From assembly GCA_032128115.1 (NCBI GenBank), contig JAQBHB010000051.1:1-64000 (forward strand): 64,000 nt of DNA, read 5' to 3'. Position numbers and translations under genes: made by a program. Of the stretch, positions 33,972 to 43,847 are shown piece by piece. The stretch comes from Deltaproteobacteria bacterium (GTDB lineage: Bacteria > Myxococcota_A > UBA9160 > SMWR01). How positions within the stretch are numbered: position 1 is the stretch's first letter; each line of letters begins with the position of its first letter. The notes under the pieces are model-generated. The model had not been told where the DNA came from. It saw only the letters and a program-made list of their open reading frames with translations, and searched no databases.

Positions 33972-34030
33972 GCGGGCCTCATGGGGAGGCGAGCAACATA
34001 CGGTGTGCCCTTCCGGGTGTCTAGTTCGGG

Positions 34031-34081
34031 GAACTTCGCTCGCCTGCGGCTCGCTGCGCGCGGGCCTGCTGGCCCGCTTGC
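34031..34081 (+). repeat. REP-like element, copy A: GGCTCGCTGCGC + hairpin GCGGGCC-tgct-GGCCCGC + TTGC
   Basis: Shares leader and TTGC tail with copies at 50998-51087 (-) and 54382-54460 (+); lies between divergent genes. Confidence 0.8.
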
Positions 34082-34153
34082 GTGTCCCGGCTGCGACAGG
34101 CGGGGGCTGCGGTGGGGACGTGACCGCGTGCGCGGGGTAGCATCCGGCGCGGG

Positions 34154-34864
34154 ATGAAGGCGTTTCTGCTGGCGGCCGGCCTCGGCACGCGCATGGGTGA
34201 CATCACGCGGGTGATGCCCAAGTGCCTGTTGCCCATCGCCGGAACGCCGCTCCTGGGACACTGGTTGCAACAGCTGGCAGGGTGCGGCGTGGACGCGGTG
34301 CTGGTGAACACGCACCACCTGGCGCCGCAGGTCCGCGACTATGTGCAGACCTCGAACCCGTCACTCCGGGTGCAGCTCGCCCACGAGGAGCAGCTGCGGG
34401 GAAGTGCGGGCACATTGGCCGCGAACCGCGATTTCGTCGCCGCTGACGAGCCCTTCCTGGTGGCCTACGCGGACAACGCCTCCCGGGTCGACCTGGCCGC
34501 ACTGGTGCGAGCGCATCGGCCCGGCGATGCGGCGACCCTGGGCCTGTTCCAGGTCGAAAACCCGCGTGCGTGCGGGATCGTGGAGCTCGACGCCGAGGGC
34601 AACGTGGTGGACTTCACCGAGAAGCCCGAGCGGCCCCGCTCGGATCTGGCGTGGGCGGGTCTGCTGATGGGCACGCGTGCGCTGCTTGACGCGATTCCTG
34701 CCAGCGTGCCGTGCGATCTGGGACACGACGTGCTTCCGGGCCTGGTGGGACGGATGCGCGGCGTCGTGATCGAGGGCTACCACCGCGACGTGGGAACTCC
34801 GGAGAGCTACCGGCGGGCCTGTGCCGACTTCGAGCAGTTCGAGCGAACCCGGGCGACGCGATGA
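34154..34864 (+). CDS. Sugar-1-phosphate nucleotidyltransferase (HddC/GDP-mannose pyrophosphorylase-like)
   Basis: LAAGLGTRM...T...PKCL, VNTHH, GSAG, YADN, F.EKP, DVGTPESY; divergent from gmhB. Confidence 0.85.
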   Translation: MKAFLLAAGLGTRMGDITRVMPKCLLPIAGTPLLGHWLQQLAGCGVDAVLVNTHHLAPQVRDYVQTSNPSLRVQLAHEEQLRGSAGTLAANRDFVAADEPFLVAYADNASRVDLAALVRAHRPGDAATLGLFQVENPRACGIVELDAEGNVVDFTEKPERPRSDLAWAGLLMGTRALLDAIPASVPCDLGHDVLPGLVGRMRGVVIEGYHRDVGTPESYRRACADFEQFERTRATR

Positions 34865-36069
34865 GGCCCGCGAAGAGCGACGCCTCGTTCCTCCCGATCG
34901 TCCGGCTCGAGAACCCGGTTCGCGAATACGACTGGGGCTCGCATCGCGCCATCGCGGAGCTGCGGGGCGAGCCGGCGCCAACCGACGAGCCCCAGGCCGA
35001 ACTCTGGATGGGTGCCCATCCGTTGGCGCCCTCGCGTGTGGTGCTCGAATCCGAAGAGGTCTCGCTTCTGGAATGGATCGATCGCCAGCCGGTCGAGGTG
35101 CTGGGGGCGCGCGTCTGCGAGCGCTTCGGTGCGCGGCTGCCATTCCTGTTCAAGGTGCTCGCCGCCGAAAGACCGCTCTCGATCCAGGCGCATCCCGACG
35201 CGGACCAGGCGCGCGACGGCTTTGCGCGCGAGAACGAGCGTGGAATTCCCCTGTCCCATCGCGAACGCAACTACCGCGACGCGAGCCACAAGCCGGAGCT
35301 GATCTGCGCACTCTCCGACTTCTCGGCCCTGTGCGGCTTTCGCAGACTCGACACCCTGCGAAGCCTGCTCGAGAGCGTGGGGGCGGCCGACCTGGTGCCG
35401 GCGGGGGAGGGGGGCGATGCGCTCCGGGGCTTCTTCCGCGGGCTGCTGGAGATGGCGCCCGATCGTCGCGCCGCGCGCGTGGCCGAGATCGCGGGTTTGG
35501 CCGCCCCGCTCGCGCCACGGGACGCGGCCTTCGCGTGGCTGGTGCGCCTCCAGGAGACCCATCCGGGCGATCCCGGTGTCCTGGCTCCGCTCTACCTGAA
35601 CCCGGTAACGCTTTCGGCGGGACAGGCGATGTTCCTTCCGGCGGGCGAGTTGCACTGCTACCTGCAGGGCGTGGCCATCGAGCTGATGGCCAACTCGGAC
35701 AACGTCTTGCGCGGTGGACTCACGTCGAAGCACGTGGACCCGGGCGAGCTGCTGAGCGTGCTGCGGTTCACGGAGTCGCGTGTGGAGGTGCTGGATCCGT
35801 CGGCTCCCGGCCCGCGGGTGCGCTACGACACGCCGGCCCGGGAATTCGTGCTTTCGCGACTGCGGATTCGCGAGGGTGAGCCGTTCGAGAGCGCGGAAGA
35901 GCGCAGCGTCGAGATCCTGCTCTGCACCGGAGGTGGGATCCGCATCGTCGCGCCCCACGGCGAACCGCTGGCGCTGCGCCGGGGCGAGAGCGGTCTGATA
36001 CCCGCGGCCGCCGGGCGCTACCGCCTGGAGGGCCGGGGGACCGCCTATTGCGCCGGGGTTCCCGACTGA
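34861..36069 (+). CDS. manA: Mannose-6-phosphate isomerase, class I
   Basis: YDWGS, AELWMGAHP, LPFLFKVL, PLSIQAHP, RNYRD..HKPEL, H.YLQG, ELMANSDNVLRGGLT.KHVD. Confidence 0.96.
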   Translation: MRPAKSDASFLPIVRLENPVREYDWGSHRAIAELRGEPAPTDEPQAELWMGAHPLAPSRVVLESEEVSLLEWIDRQPVEVLGARVCERFGARLPFLFKVLAAERPLSIQAHPDADQARDGFARENERGIPLSHRERNYRDASHKPELICALSDFSALCGFRRLDTLRSLLESVGAADLVPAGEGGDALRGFFRGLLEMAPDRRAARVAEIAGLAAPLAPRDAAFAWLVRLQETHPGDPGVLAPLYLNPVTLSAGQAMFLPAGELHCYLQGVAIELMANSDNVLRGGLTSKHVDPGELLSVLRFTESRVEVLDPSAPGPRVRYDTPAREFVLSRLRIREGEPFESAEERSVEILLCTGGGIRIVAPHGEPLALRRGESGLIPAAAGRYRLEGRGTAYCAGVPD

Positions 36070-36818
36070 TCGGAAGATCCGTCCTTCTCCGCCAGCACGA
36101 ACACGTCCCAGGCGCCGTTCGGGTGAAAGCGCCAGAGCGACGCATCCAGGGCCGCCAGCACGCGTCCGGCAGCACTCCCCACCAGATCGATCACGCGCCC
36201 GTTGAGAATCCACTTGCCGCGCTTCTGCACGACCCGCATGCCGCCCTCGCGAAGCATGTCCTCGATCTGTGCCGGGGTCGCGGCGTGCTCGCGATCGAAG
36301 CGTCCGTAGAGGAGCGACGCGGCGTTCCGGAAGTTGAACAGGAAGCGCCCTCCGGGCTTGAGCACACGCGCCACCTCCAGGATCGCCGCCCTTTGATCCG
36401 AAAGCTCGCTGAAGCGGGGAATCACGTGGATGCTGTAGGCGAAGTCGACGGAGCCGCTCTCGAAGCCCAGGTGGAAGATGTCCGCGACGGCCAGCTCACA
36501 CGAGCCGGGCAGGCCGAGGCCGCTCAATTTCTTCTCGAGCTCCGCCAGCAGGCTCTCGTTGAAATCCGTTGCCGTGACGTGGAACCCGCGCTCCAGCACC
36601 GGAATCGTGAATCGCCCGGTGCCGGCTCCCAGTTCCACCACCTTCATGGAGCCCTGCGCCTCGGGGAACATGGAGCGGAACAGGCGCAGATCGTGGCGTG
36701 TCAGGATGGTGCCGCGCGGGCTCCGGATGCGCAGATCGTCGTACTCCGCCCCCGATTGCGAGTAGCGATCGCCGACCTGCTGTCTGGATTCGGGAACTTG
36801 TCGGGTGTCCTGGGTCAC
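36045..36818 (-). CDS. Class I SAM-dependent methyltransferase
   Basis: VVELGAGTGRF, TD, ADI..L.F..GSVD, EVARVLKPGGRF; GTG 36818 overlaps the sulfotransferase stop. Confidence 0.85.
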   Translation of the reverse strand: MTQDTRQVPESRQQVGDRYSQSGAEYDDLRIRSPRGTILTRHDLRLFRSMFPEAQGSMKVVELGAGTGRFTIPVLERGFHVTATDFNESLLAELEKKLSGLGLPGSCELAVADIFHLGFESGSVDFAYSIHVIPRFSELSDQRAAILEVARVLKPGGRFLFNFRNAASLLYGRFDREHAATPAQIEDMLREGGMRVVQKRGKWILNGRVIDLVGSAAGRVLAALDASLWRFHPNGAWDVFVLAEKDGSSDQSGTPAQ

Positions 36819-37723
36819 GTGGGATTCGCCGGAGATCGGGGCGCTGGAGCATACCCCAGCCTGCTGCAGACCGGCCCGATCCGTTCTGCGATGGCCGACC
36901 ACTCCGCGCCGGTGGGTTCCACTTCCGCGTACACCGGATGCTCGGGATCCAGGTAGCGGCACCCGAATTCCACCAGGGCTTGCGGGTCTTCGACCTCGCA
37001 GAACTCGGCCAGTCGCTTCACGGAGTCGGCCGGCTCCCGCAGCAGATTCTCGTAGCGAACCTGGAGCCAGCGGTCGGGCGGGAGCCTCTCCAGATCGTCG
37101 AGCGCGATCTCCAGCATGCGCTGCCACTGGAAGGCCGCAACCTCGGCCCGGGAGTGGGAGTCGCGAAAGGCATCGAGCCCGGGGACGATCGGCCCCCACG
37201 AGGCGGGGCGTCCCTCGAGCAGACCGTGCAGCTGGTTGCGAACGAAGCGCAGCGCCAGCCGGGGCAGGGTGTGGATCTGGAGATGGGCGCGCTTGCGGGC
37301 GATGGCGGCGCCCAGCGTGTCTGCCGCCCGGCCCCACCAGTAGGTCATCTCGGGGATCGCCCCGATCGGGTCGCGGACGACGTGGACGATGCGGGCCTCG
37401 GGAAGCACGCGCAGAACGAACGGGATGCGCAGGGCGTGGTACGCCAGGTCGTCCAGGTAACGCGAACCACTGCCGCGCTCCACCGCCCGGTGGCACGCGC
37501 GACGGATCCGGTGTCGGACGCGGTCGTTGGCGTCGGCCTCGGTTCGCCGATCGTCCGGGCGCCCGCCCATCCCGATGTCCCAGATGGGACCGGGTTCCGA
37601 GAGCAGGGTGAACTCGGATGCGTGTCGGAGCAGGTGCGACAGGCAGGTCTTTCCAGAACGGGGCGTTCCCGTGATCAGGATCGGTCGATCGAACTGGAAC
37701 GAATCACCTTCGGACCGCGGCAC
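36815..37723 (-). CDS. Sulfotransferase family protein
   Basis: ILITGTPRSGKT (5'-PSB), SEP, ARIVHVVRDP (3'-PB), VRYENL..EP. Confidence 0.85.
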   Translation of the reverse strand: MPRSEGDSFQFDRPILITGTPRSGKTCLSHLLRHASEFTLLSEPGPIWDIGMGGRPDDRRTEADANDRVRHRIRRACHRAVERGSGSRYLDDLAYHALRIPFVLRVLPEARIVHVVRDPIGAIPEMTYWWGRAADTLGAAIARKRAHLQIHTLPRLALRFVRNQLHGLLEGRPASWGPIVPGLDAFRDSHSRAEVAAFQWQRMLEIALDDLERLPPDRWLQVRYENLLREPADSVKRLAEFCEVEDPQALVEFGCRYLDPEHPVYAEVEPTGAEWSAIAERIGPVCSRLGYAPAPRSPANPT

Positions 37724-37894
37724 GGGCTGGCAGGGTAACCCGTCGCACTCTGCACTGCATCGCGCGACTCGAGCGTTTCGAACCGGAACGGCGCCGCAGA
37801 CTGCCGCGCCCCGAGCATGCGCTTTCGTTATGTGTCAGGCTCCTCCCCCGGCGACGTCCTGTGTCGCGAAGCGTCCACGAGGAGCCAGCTCCGC

Positions 37895-39253
37895 ATGGCA
37901 GTCTTCCGCGGCAGGGACCTGGGTCGAGCCGTGCCCCTGATGCGCGAAAGCGTCTGGGTCCTGATCGGACAGGCCGGTGTGCTGGTGGGCGGCCTGGTGG
38001 GAATCCGCCTGATCACGGGCGTCGTGCCGCCCGCCGTCTACGGCGACGCGGCGTTGCTGCTGGGTGTCGTCGCGCTGGCCAGCAGCGTGTTCTGCGCGCC
38101 GTTCCTCCAGGGAGCGATCCGGTTCTACTCCCGCGCGCGGGACGCCGGCAGCGTGGCGCCGTTCCGGGCGGTGGTAGAGAGCCTCCTGGGCCGCGCCGTG
38201 GGCATCGCGGTCGCACTGCTCCTGGCCGGGGGTGCGGTGTGGGTGTGGCTGGGAGACTCGGGCGTGGGCTTCGGCACGTTCCTGTTGGCCGGCGCATTGC
38301 TGTGTCTCAACGTGCTGCGCCTGATGGAGGCGGGGCTGCTCAACGCCGCACGACGCCGCAGGCACCACGGTTTGTGGAACGCCTTCGACGCGTGGGCGCG
38401 GCCGGCCGCCGTGATCGGGTTCGTCCTGTGGCTGGGACCTACCGTTCCTGTTCTGATGCTCGGGTACGTGGTCGGCGCGCTGGTCTCGAACCTCGCGTTC
38501 CGGCGCAACCTGATTCGCGGCGATCTCGAAGCCAGCCGATCGCTGGATCCCGATTGGTCGGATTCGCTGCGGCGCGACCTGATGCGCTTCGCGATTCCCC
38601 TGGCTCCCATCGCCGTGCTCATGTGGATCTCGAGCCTCAGCGATCGCTATGTACTGGCCGCGCTCGCCGGGTCGGATGCCGCCGGGCTCTACGTCGCGGC
38701 GTACGGTCTCTCGAGTCGCCCGTTTCTCGCGTTCGCTGGAATCGCGAACATCACGTTCCTGCCACTCCTCTACGACGCGGTCGCGCGCGGCGACGTTCGC
38801 CGCGAACGTCAGGTGGTGCTGTCGTGGTTGGGGCTGCTGGCTGCGGGCATGCTGGCGGGGGTCGCGCTGGTGATCGTGCTCCAGAACGAGATCGTGCGGC
38901 TGGCCCTGGGGGAGCGCTACTGGGGAGCTGCCTCGCTGATGCCCTGGATCGCCGGCGCCTATGCGTTCTGGGGTGGGCAACAACTGTTCGAGTGCCTGAT
39001 CTACGCCCACAGCCGGACGCGCCTGCTGAGCGTGTCCCACGGCATCGCCGCCGTCTCCTCCCTCACCTTGTACGCCGTGCTGATCCCCCGCATGGGTGCT
39101 CCGGGCGCCGCGATCGGAACCTTCTGTGCCCTGGGCATCACCTGCTGCGTCACGTTCTTCCTGTCGGGCGCTCCGGCCCTGATCGCCGGGCACCGGGGCG
39201 GCGGCGCGCCCTCTGGTGGGTCCGTACCCGAGGTCGGGCCCGCGCCCGAGTGA
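37895..39253 (+). CDS. Wzx-like polysaccharide flippase (MOP family)
   Basis: Multiple transmembrane helices; P..YG, LMRFAIPL, SDRYVL, AGLY..AY, LIPRMG..GAA. Start uncertain (37817/37895/37940). Confidence 0.82.
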   Translation: MAVFRGRDLGRAVPLMRESVWVLIGQAGVLVGGLVGIRLITGVVPPAVYGDAALLLGVVALASSVFCAPFLQGAIRFYSRARDAGSVAPFRAVVESLLGRAVGIAVALLLAGGAVWVWLGDSGVGFGTFLLAGALLCLNVLRLMEAGLLNAARRRRHHGLWNAFDAWARPAAVIGFVLWLGPTVPVLMLGYVVGALVSNLAFRRNLIRGDLEASRSLDPDWSDSLRRDLMRFAIPLAPIAVLMWISSLSDRYVLAALAGSDAAGLYVAAYGLSSRPFLAFAGIANITFLPLLYDAVARGDVRRERQVVLSWLGLLAAGMLAGVALVIVLQNEIVRLALGERYWGAASLMPWIAGAYAFWGGQQLFECLIYAHSRTRLLSVSHGIAAVSSLTLYAVLIPRMGAPGAAIGTFCALGITCCVTFFLSGAPALIAGHRGGGAPSGGSVPEVGPAPE

Positions 39254-39338
39254 CGGGTGGTTTCCGCGTCGCCAAGCCCAGGAGCGGCTGGTACACTCGG
39301 CCGACCTTCCCGCCGACCAGCTCGAGGACCCGTTCATC

Positions 39339-41120
39339 GTGAGTTTTCGACCCACAGGGGTCCGGCGCCGACCGGTCGCTTCCGTTGTCGCATCGGCTCT
39401 CGGCATCGCCCTGGCGGGAGGAGCCACGGTCGGGATCGGCCTGGCCGGGTGGATCGCCTGGCAGAACGGTTGGGAATTTGGCGCCGATGCTGCGTTGCTC
39501 TCGGTGCACCTGGGCGGGCTCTACAGTCTGGTGTTCGCCGCCGGCCTGGTTCCCGTGGCCGTGCTGTCGGTGCTGGTGGGCTGGCGCCCGGGACTGCGAG
39601 TGTTCTTCGGACTGTGGGTCGCCTTTTGCGTGCTCCTGAACGGGGCGCTCCGCTTCAGCCAGGTGGTGCAGTTGGCGTCGGTGACGCCGCACATGAACGC
39701 GGTGGGAATCGCGGACGCGTTCGCGCTGGTGGTGGCCGCGGGCCTGCTGGCCGTTGCGATCGCCGCTGGGGGGCTTTCCCGTCTGGGGCTGGCGTTGCTG
39801 CTGTTGGCCGCGCTCGAGGTGGGCAACGCCGCGCTCGAACGTCCCCTCGTGCGGAACCTCACGGAGCGGGTGGACCCGCTGCTCGCAACGGGTACGCCTG
39901 CGCCGGTGAACGAGGCGCTCGATCCCTTCGACGCCCGGCTGGTGCTGATCGGCTTCGACGGCGTCTCCTGGGAGATGCTGCTGCCCCTGTTGGAGCGCGG
40001 CGAGCTGCCGGGCTTCCGCCGCCTGCTCGCGGGCGCCGCCTACGGATACCTGGAGACGATTCCCTTCAGCGTGTCGCCCGTGGTGTGGGAGACCATTTCC
40101 ACCGGGCAGGACCCGGAGAAACACGGGATCGGCTGGCATGCCCACTTCGAGTTCGCCGGCGTGGGGGAGCCCGTGCGGCGGCTTCCGTACTTCCGCCTGC
40201 GCAAGTCGCCCATGGGAATCCGCAGCCTGCTGGTGGCCACTGCCGGCCGGGGTCCCTGGCCCTGGAATCGCGTGCCCGCCGAGTCCACCGATGCGAAGGT
40301 GGCCCGGCTGTGGGAGATCGCCTCGCGCAACGATCTCTCGGTGGGGGTCTACCGCTGGATGAACACCGCGCCGGTGACACCGGTGGATGGCTTCATGGAC
40401 GGCTACGGGGTGTCGACGCCCCTGATCTACCCGCCGGGCGCCGAAGAAGGGCTCCCGGCCGTGGCGGACCCGCCTCTGGGGCTACGGCCCGGGCTCGACT
40501 ACACCGCGTCGCAGCTCCCCCACGAAGAGAGCCACTTCGAGCGCTTCGTGGAGCTCAGCCTGCGTTACCAGCCGGACGTGTTGCTTTACTACACCCACTA
40601 CGCGGACGCGTCCCACCACCTGAACTGGAAGGCCGACGTGGTGGGGGATTCGCTCGTCCACTCGGGCCTGACCCACCCGGACTTCGAGCCCGGCGAGGCC
40701 ATTTCGTACAGCTACCGCCAGATCGATCGCTTCCTGTTGGACATCCTGGATCGCCTGCCGCCGGATGCCTTCGTGGCGCTGGTGTCGGATCACGGATTCG
40801 ACCTGCGGGGCTACGAGCACGACAACGCGCCGCCGGGAGTGATCATCGTGCGCGGCCCGGGCGTGAAGCCCGGACCGATTTCGGGCGCGCGGATCCACGA
40901 CGTCGCGCCGACGCTGTTGCACCTGCTGGACCTGCCCGTCGCCGACGACATGGACGGCGTGGTCCTGGGCCTGGCCGAGCCCTCCGGGCCCCTGGATCGC
41001 CAGATGAAGCGGGTGGCAACCTACGGCCCTGCCGCGACCCCGGCCGAAGCCGGGGCGATCGACCCCAAGGACCTGGAGGAGCACGAGGACTATCTCAAGG
41101 CCCTGGGGTACATGAACTAG
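39339..41120 (+). CDS. Membrane-anchored alkaline phosphatase superfamily (type I phosphodiesterase-like) protein
   Basis: About 5 N-terminal TM helices; LIGFDG, SPVVWETISTG..P.KHGI, D...H, VSDHGF, DVAPTLL.L, LKALGY C-terminus. Start uncertain. Confidence 0.82.
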   Translation: MSFRPTGVRRRPVASVVASALGIALAGGATVGIGLAGWIAWQNGWEFGADAALLSVHLGGLYSLVFAAGLVPVAVLSVLVGWRPGLRVFFGLWVAFCVLLNGALRFSQVVQLASVTPHMNAVGIADAFALVVAAGLLAVAIAAGGLSRLGLALLLLAALEVGNAALERPLVRNLTERVDPLLATGTPAPVNEALDPFDARLVLIGFDGVSWEMLLPLLERGELPGFRRLLAGAAYGYLETIPFSVSPVVWETISTGQDPEKHGIGWHAHFEFAGVGEPVRRLPYFRLRKSPMGIRSLLVATAGRGPWPWNRVPAESTDAKVARLWEIASRNDLSVGVYRWMNTAPVTPVDGFMDGYGVSTPLIYPPGAEEGLPAVADPPLGLRPGLDYTASQLPHEESHFERFVELSLRYQPDVLLYYTHYADASHHLNWKADVVGDSLVHSGLTHPDFEPGEAISYSYRQIDRFLLDILDRLPPDAFVALVSDHGFDLRGYEHDNAPPGVIIVRGPGVKPGPISGARIHDVAPTLLHLLDLPVADDMDGVVLGLAEPSGPLDRQMKRVATYGPAATPAEAGAIDPKDLEEHEDYLKALGYMN

Positions 41121-42233
41121 ATGCACCTCCTGGTCACGGGCGGAGCCGGGTTCATCGGGTCGTTCACCTGCGATCGGCTGATCGCGGAGGGTCACCGGGT
41201 CCGGATCCTGGATAGCCTGGAAAAGCCGGTGCATACCGGCGATGTGCCCGCATACCTGAACCCGGCGGCCGAGTTCGTGCGCGGCGACGTGACCCGCCCC
41301 GAAGACCTGCGCCCGGCCCTCGCCGGGATCGACGCCGTGGTGCACCTGGCGGCCTACCAGGACTACCTGCCCGACTTCAGCAAGTTCTTCCGGGTCAACG
41401 CGGCCGGCACCGCTCTGATCTACGAGTTGATCGTGGCCGACGATCTGCCGATCCAGAAGGTGGTGGTGGCGTCCTCCCAGGCGGTGTATGGCGAAGGGCG
41501 CCACCGCTGTGCGAACGGACACGGGGTGCACCCCCCCATCCGCAGCGAGGAGCGCCTGCGCGCCGGGCTCTTCCCGGTGTTGTGCCCCGAATGCGGCGCC
41601 GAGACCACCTGGGAACTCACGGACGAGTCGGTGGTGAACCCGGAGAACCAGTACGCGCTCTCCAAGCACTCCCAGGAGCAGATCGCCATCCGCCTGGGCC
41701 GCCGCTACGGCATCCCCACCGTCGGCATGCGTTACTCGATCGTGCAGGGTCCACGTCAGTCGCTCTCCAACGCCTACTCCGGGGCCTGTCGCGTGTTCTG
41801 CCTCAACCTTCACTTCGGGCGAGATCCCCTGATCTACGAAGACGGGGAGCAGGTGCGCGATTTCGTCAACATCCACGACGTGGTGGACGCGAATCTGCTC
41901 GTGCTCGACGACGAGCGCGCGGATTACGAGGTGTTCAACGTGGGGGGCGGCCGGCCCTACACGGTGAACGAGTTCGCGGTGATCGTGGGCCGGGCCTTCG
42001 GCGTCGAGATCAAGACCCGGCCCAGCGGTCTGTATCGCTTCGGCGACACGCGGCACATCTGCTCCGACATCGGGCGGCTGCGGGGCCTGGGTTGGGAGCC
42101 GCGGCGCACGCCGGTGGAGAGCGTGGCCGATTACAAGGCCTGGCTGCAGGAGCAGGACGAGATCGAGGATGTATTCGTCCGCGCCCAGCGGACGATGAAG
42201 GAGATGGACGTGGTTCGCGCCGTCGAGGCGTGA
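41121..42233 (+). CDS. NAD-dependent epimerase/dehydratase with Cys-rich insert
   Basis: LVTGGAGFIGS, VHLAA, ASSQAVYGEG..C..GH...CPEC, YALSK, GPRQSL.N.Y.G, YEDG.Q.RDFVNI.D, FNVG.G. Confidence 0.9.
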   Translation: MHLLVTGGAGFIGSFTCDRLIAEGHRVRILDSLEKPVHTGDVPAYLNPAAEFVRGDVTRPEDLRPALAGIDAVVHLAAYQDYLPDFSKFFRVNAAGTALIYELIVADDLPIQKVVVASSQAVYGEGRHRCANGHGVHPPIRSEERLRAGLFPVLCPECGAETTWELTDESVVNPENQYALSKHSQEQIAIRLGRRYGIPTVGMRYSIVQGPRQSLSNAYSGACRVFCLNLHFGRDPLIYEDGEQVRDFVNIHDVVDANLLVLDDERADYEVFNVGGGRPYTVNEFAVIVGRAFGVEIKTRPSGLYRFGDTRHICSDIGRLRGLGWEPRRTPVESVADYKAWLQEQDEIEDVFVRAQRTMKEMDVVRAVEA

Positions 42234-42260
42234 GGCCCGCCCCGGGTTCGAGGACGCCCC

Positions 42261-43250
42261 ATGATCATCACCCAGACGCCGCTCCGGATCTCGTTCGCGG
42301 GTGGGGGTACGGATCTGGCTGCCTATTACGAGAAGCGCGAGGGCTATGTGGTGTCGTCGGCGATCGACAAATTCGCCTACGTGATCGTGAAGGAGCGCTT
42401 CGACGACAAGATCTACCTGAATACCATGACCAAGGAGATCCGAGACGACGTGGACTCGATCGAGCACGAGCTGGTGCGCGAGGCCATGCGCATGACCGGC
42501 GTCGATCGGGGAGTGGAAGTCACGCTGCTCTCGGACATTCCCTCCGAGGGCTCGGGGCTGGGTTCATCCAGCTCGTTTACGGTGGGTCTGTTGAATGCCT
42601 TCTACGTCTACCAGGGCGACCAGGTCACGGCCGAGCGACTGGCCCGGGAGGCGTGCGAAATCGAGATCGATCGCCTGGGCAAGCCCATCGGCAAGCAAGA
42701 CCAGTACATCGCCGCCTACGGCGGCCTTCGCTGGTTCCGCTTCCGCAAGGACGGCGAAGTGGAGCAGGGGCGCCTGGGCAGCGCGCCCGATCGGGTGCGA
42801 GAGCTCAGCTCGCGGCTCCACCTGTTCTTCACGGGTCGCACCCGCAAAGCCGATGCTATTCTCGGCGAACAGAAGAGGCAGACCGGCGATCGGCTGCTGG
42901 AATTGGACGGGATCAAGGAGTTGGCGCTGGAGTTGCACGCGGATCTGGAGTCCGATCGACTCGACCGCCTGGGCGAGGCGCTTCACGCGAACTGGGAGCT
43001 CAAGCGCCAGCTGGTGTCGGGCATCAGCGACCCGGAGATCGACGCCATGTACGAGCAGGCTCGATCCCACGGGGCGACTGGTGGAAAGATCTGCGGCGCC
43101 GGGGGCGGGGGCTTCCTGCTCACCTACTGTCGCCGGGAACGACAGGATGGCCTTCTGGAGGGAATGGACCGCTATCGCCGCATGCCCTTCCGCCTGGAGC
43201 GGGACGGCAGCAAGGTGATTTTCAACTACAGAAGGGACGTGTGGAAATGA
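42261..43250 (+). CDS. hddA: D-glycero-alpha-D-manno-heptose-7-phosphate kinase (GHMP)
   Basis: TPLRISFAGGGTD, GSGLGSSS, IEI, GKQDQY.AAYGG, GGKICGAGGGGF; adjacent to gmhA. Confidence 0.88.
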   Translation: MIITQTPLRISFAGGGTDLAAYYEKREGYVVSSAIDKFAYVIVKERFDDKIYLNTMTKEIRDDVDSIEHELVREAMRMTGVDRGVEVTLLSDIPSEGSGLGSSSSFTVGLLNAFYVYQGDQVTAERLAREACEIEIDRLGKPIGKQDQYIAAYGGLRWFRFRKDGEVEQGRLGSAPDRVRELSSRLHLFFTGRTRKADAILGEQKRQTGDRLLELDGIKELALELHADLESDRLDRLGEALHANWELKRQLVSGISDPEIDAMYEQARSHGATGGKICGAGGGGFLLTYCRRERQDGLLEGMDRYRRMPFRLERDGSKVIFNYRRDVWK

Positions 43251-43834
43251 AGGGCTATCCCAGCTACGCCTCGGCGGCCGAGTACTTCGACAAGGTGTCC
43301 GAACTCCTGCGCGAGATGCCCGAGGCGAGCGAGGCCTTCATCGAAGCCCTGTGGCAGGGGTTCGAGGCCGACAAGACGATCTTCCTGATCGGAAACGGGG
43401 GGAGCGCCGCCAACGCGTCGCACTTTGGGCAGGATCTGGCCAAGGGCACCCTGTCCTCCATGGACGCCACCCGGCGCTTCCGCGTGATCCCGCTGACCGA
43501 TAACATCGGATTCATCACGGCCCTGGCCAACGACGAGGGTTATGACTCGGTCTTCGAACAGCAGCTGCGCAATCTCGCCCGCGCAGGCGATCTGCTGGTA
43601 GCCATAAGCGGTTCCGGCAACTCGCCCAATGTGATCCGCGCGGTAGAGTACGCGCGCTCGCTCGACATGACGGTCATCGGCGTCACCGGCTTCGACGGAG
43701 GCGTGCTCAAGACCCTGTCCGACGTGAGCGTGCACGTCCCCGTCGACGACATGGGGATGACCGAGGCCCTCCACGCGGTGGTGTTCCATCTGGCCATGGG
43801 CCAGCTCCGGACGCGGCTCGCGGGGGCGCAATAG
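43247..43834 (+). CDS. gmhA: Phosphoheptose isomerase (SIS domain)
   Basis: GNGGSAANASHF..DL, TALAND.GY..VF..QL, GDLL.AISGSGNSPNV, TGFDGG, E..H. Confidence 0.88.
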   Translation: MKGYPSYASAAEYFDKVSELLREMPEASEAFIEALWQGFEADKTIFLIGNGGSAANASHFGQDLAKGTLSSMDATRRFRVIPLTDNIGFITALANDEGYDSVFEQQLRNLARAGDLLVAISGSGNSPNVIRAVEYARSLDMTVIGVTGFDGGVLKTLSDVSVHVPVDDMGMTEALHAVVFHLAMGQLRTRLAGAQ

Positions 43835-43847
43835 CCCGGTCGCGCCC

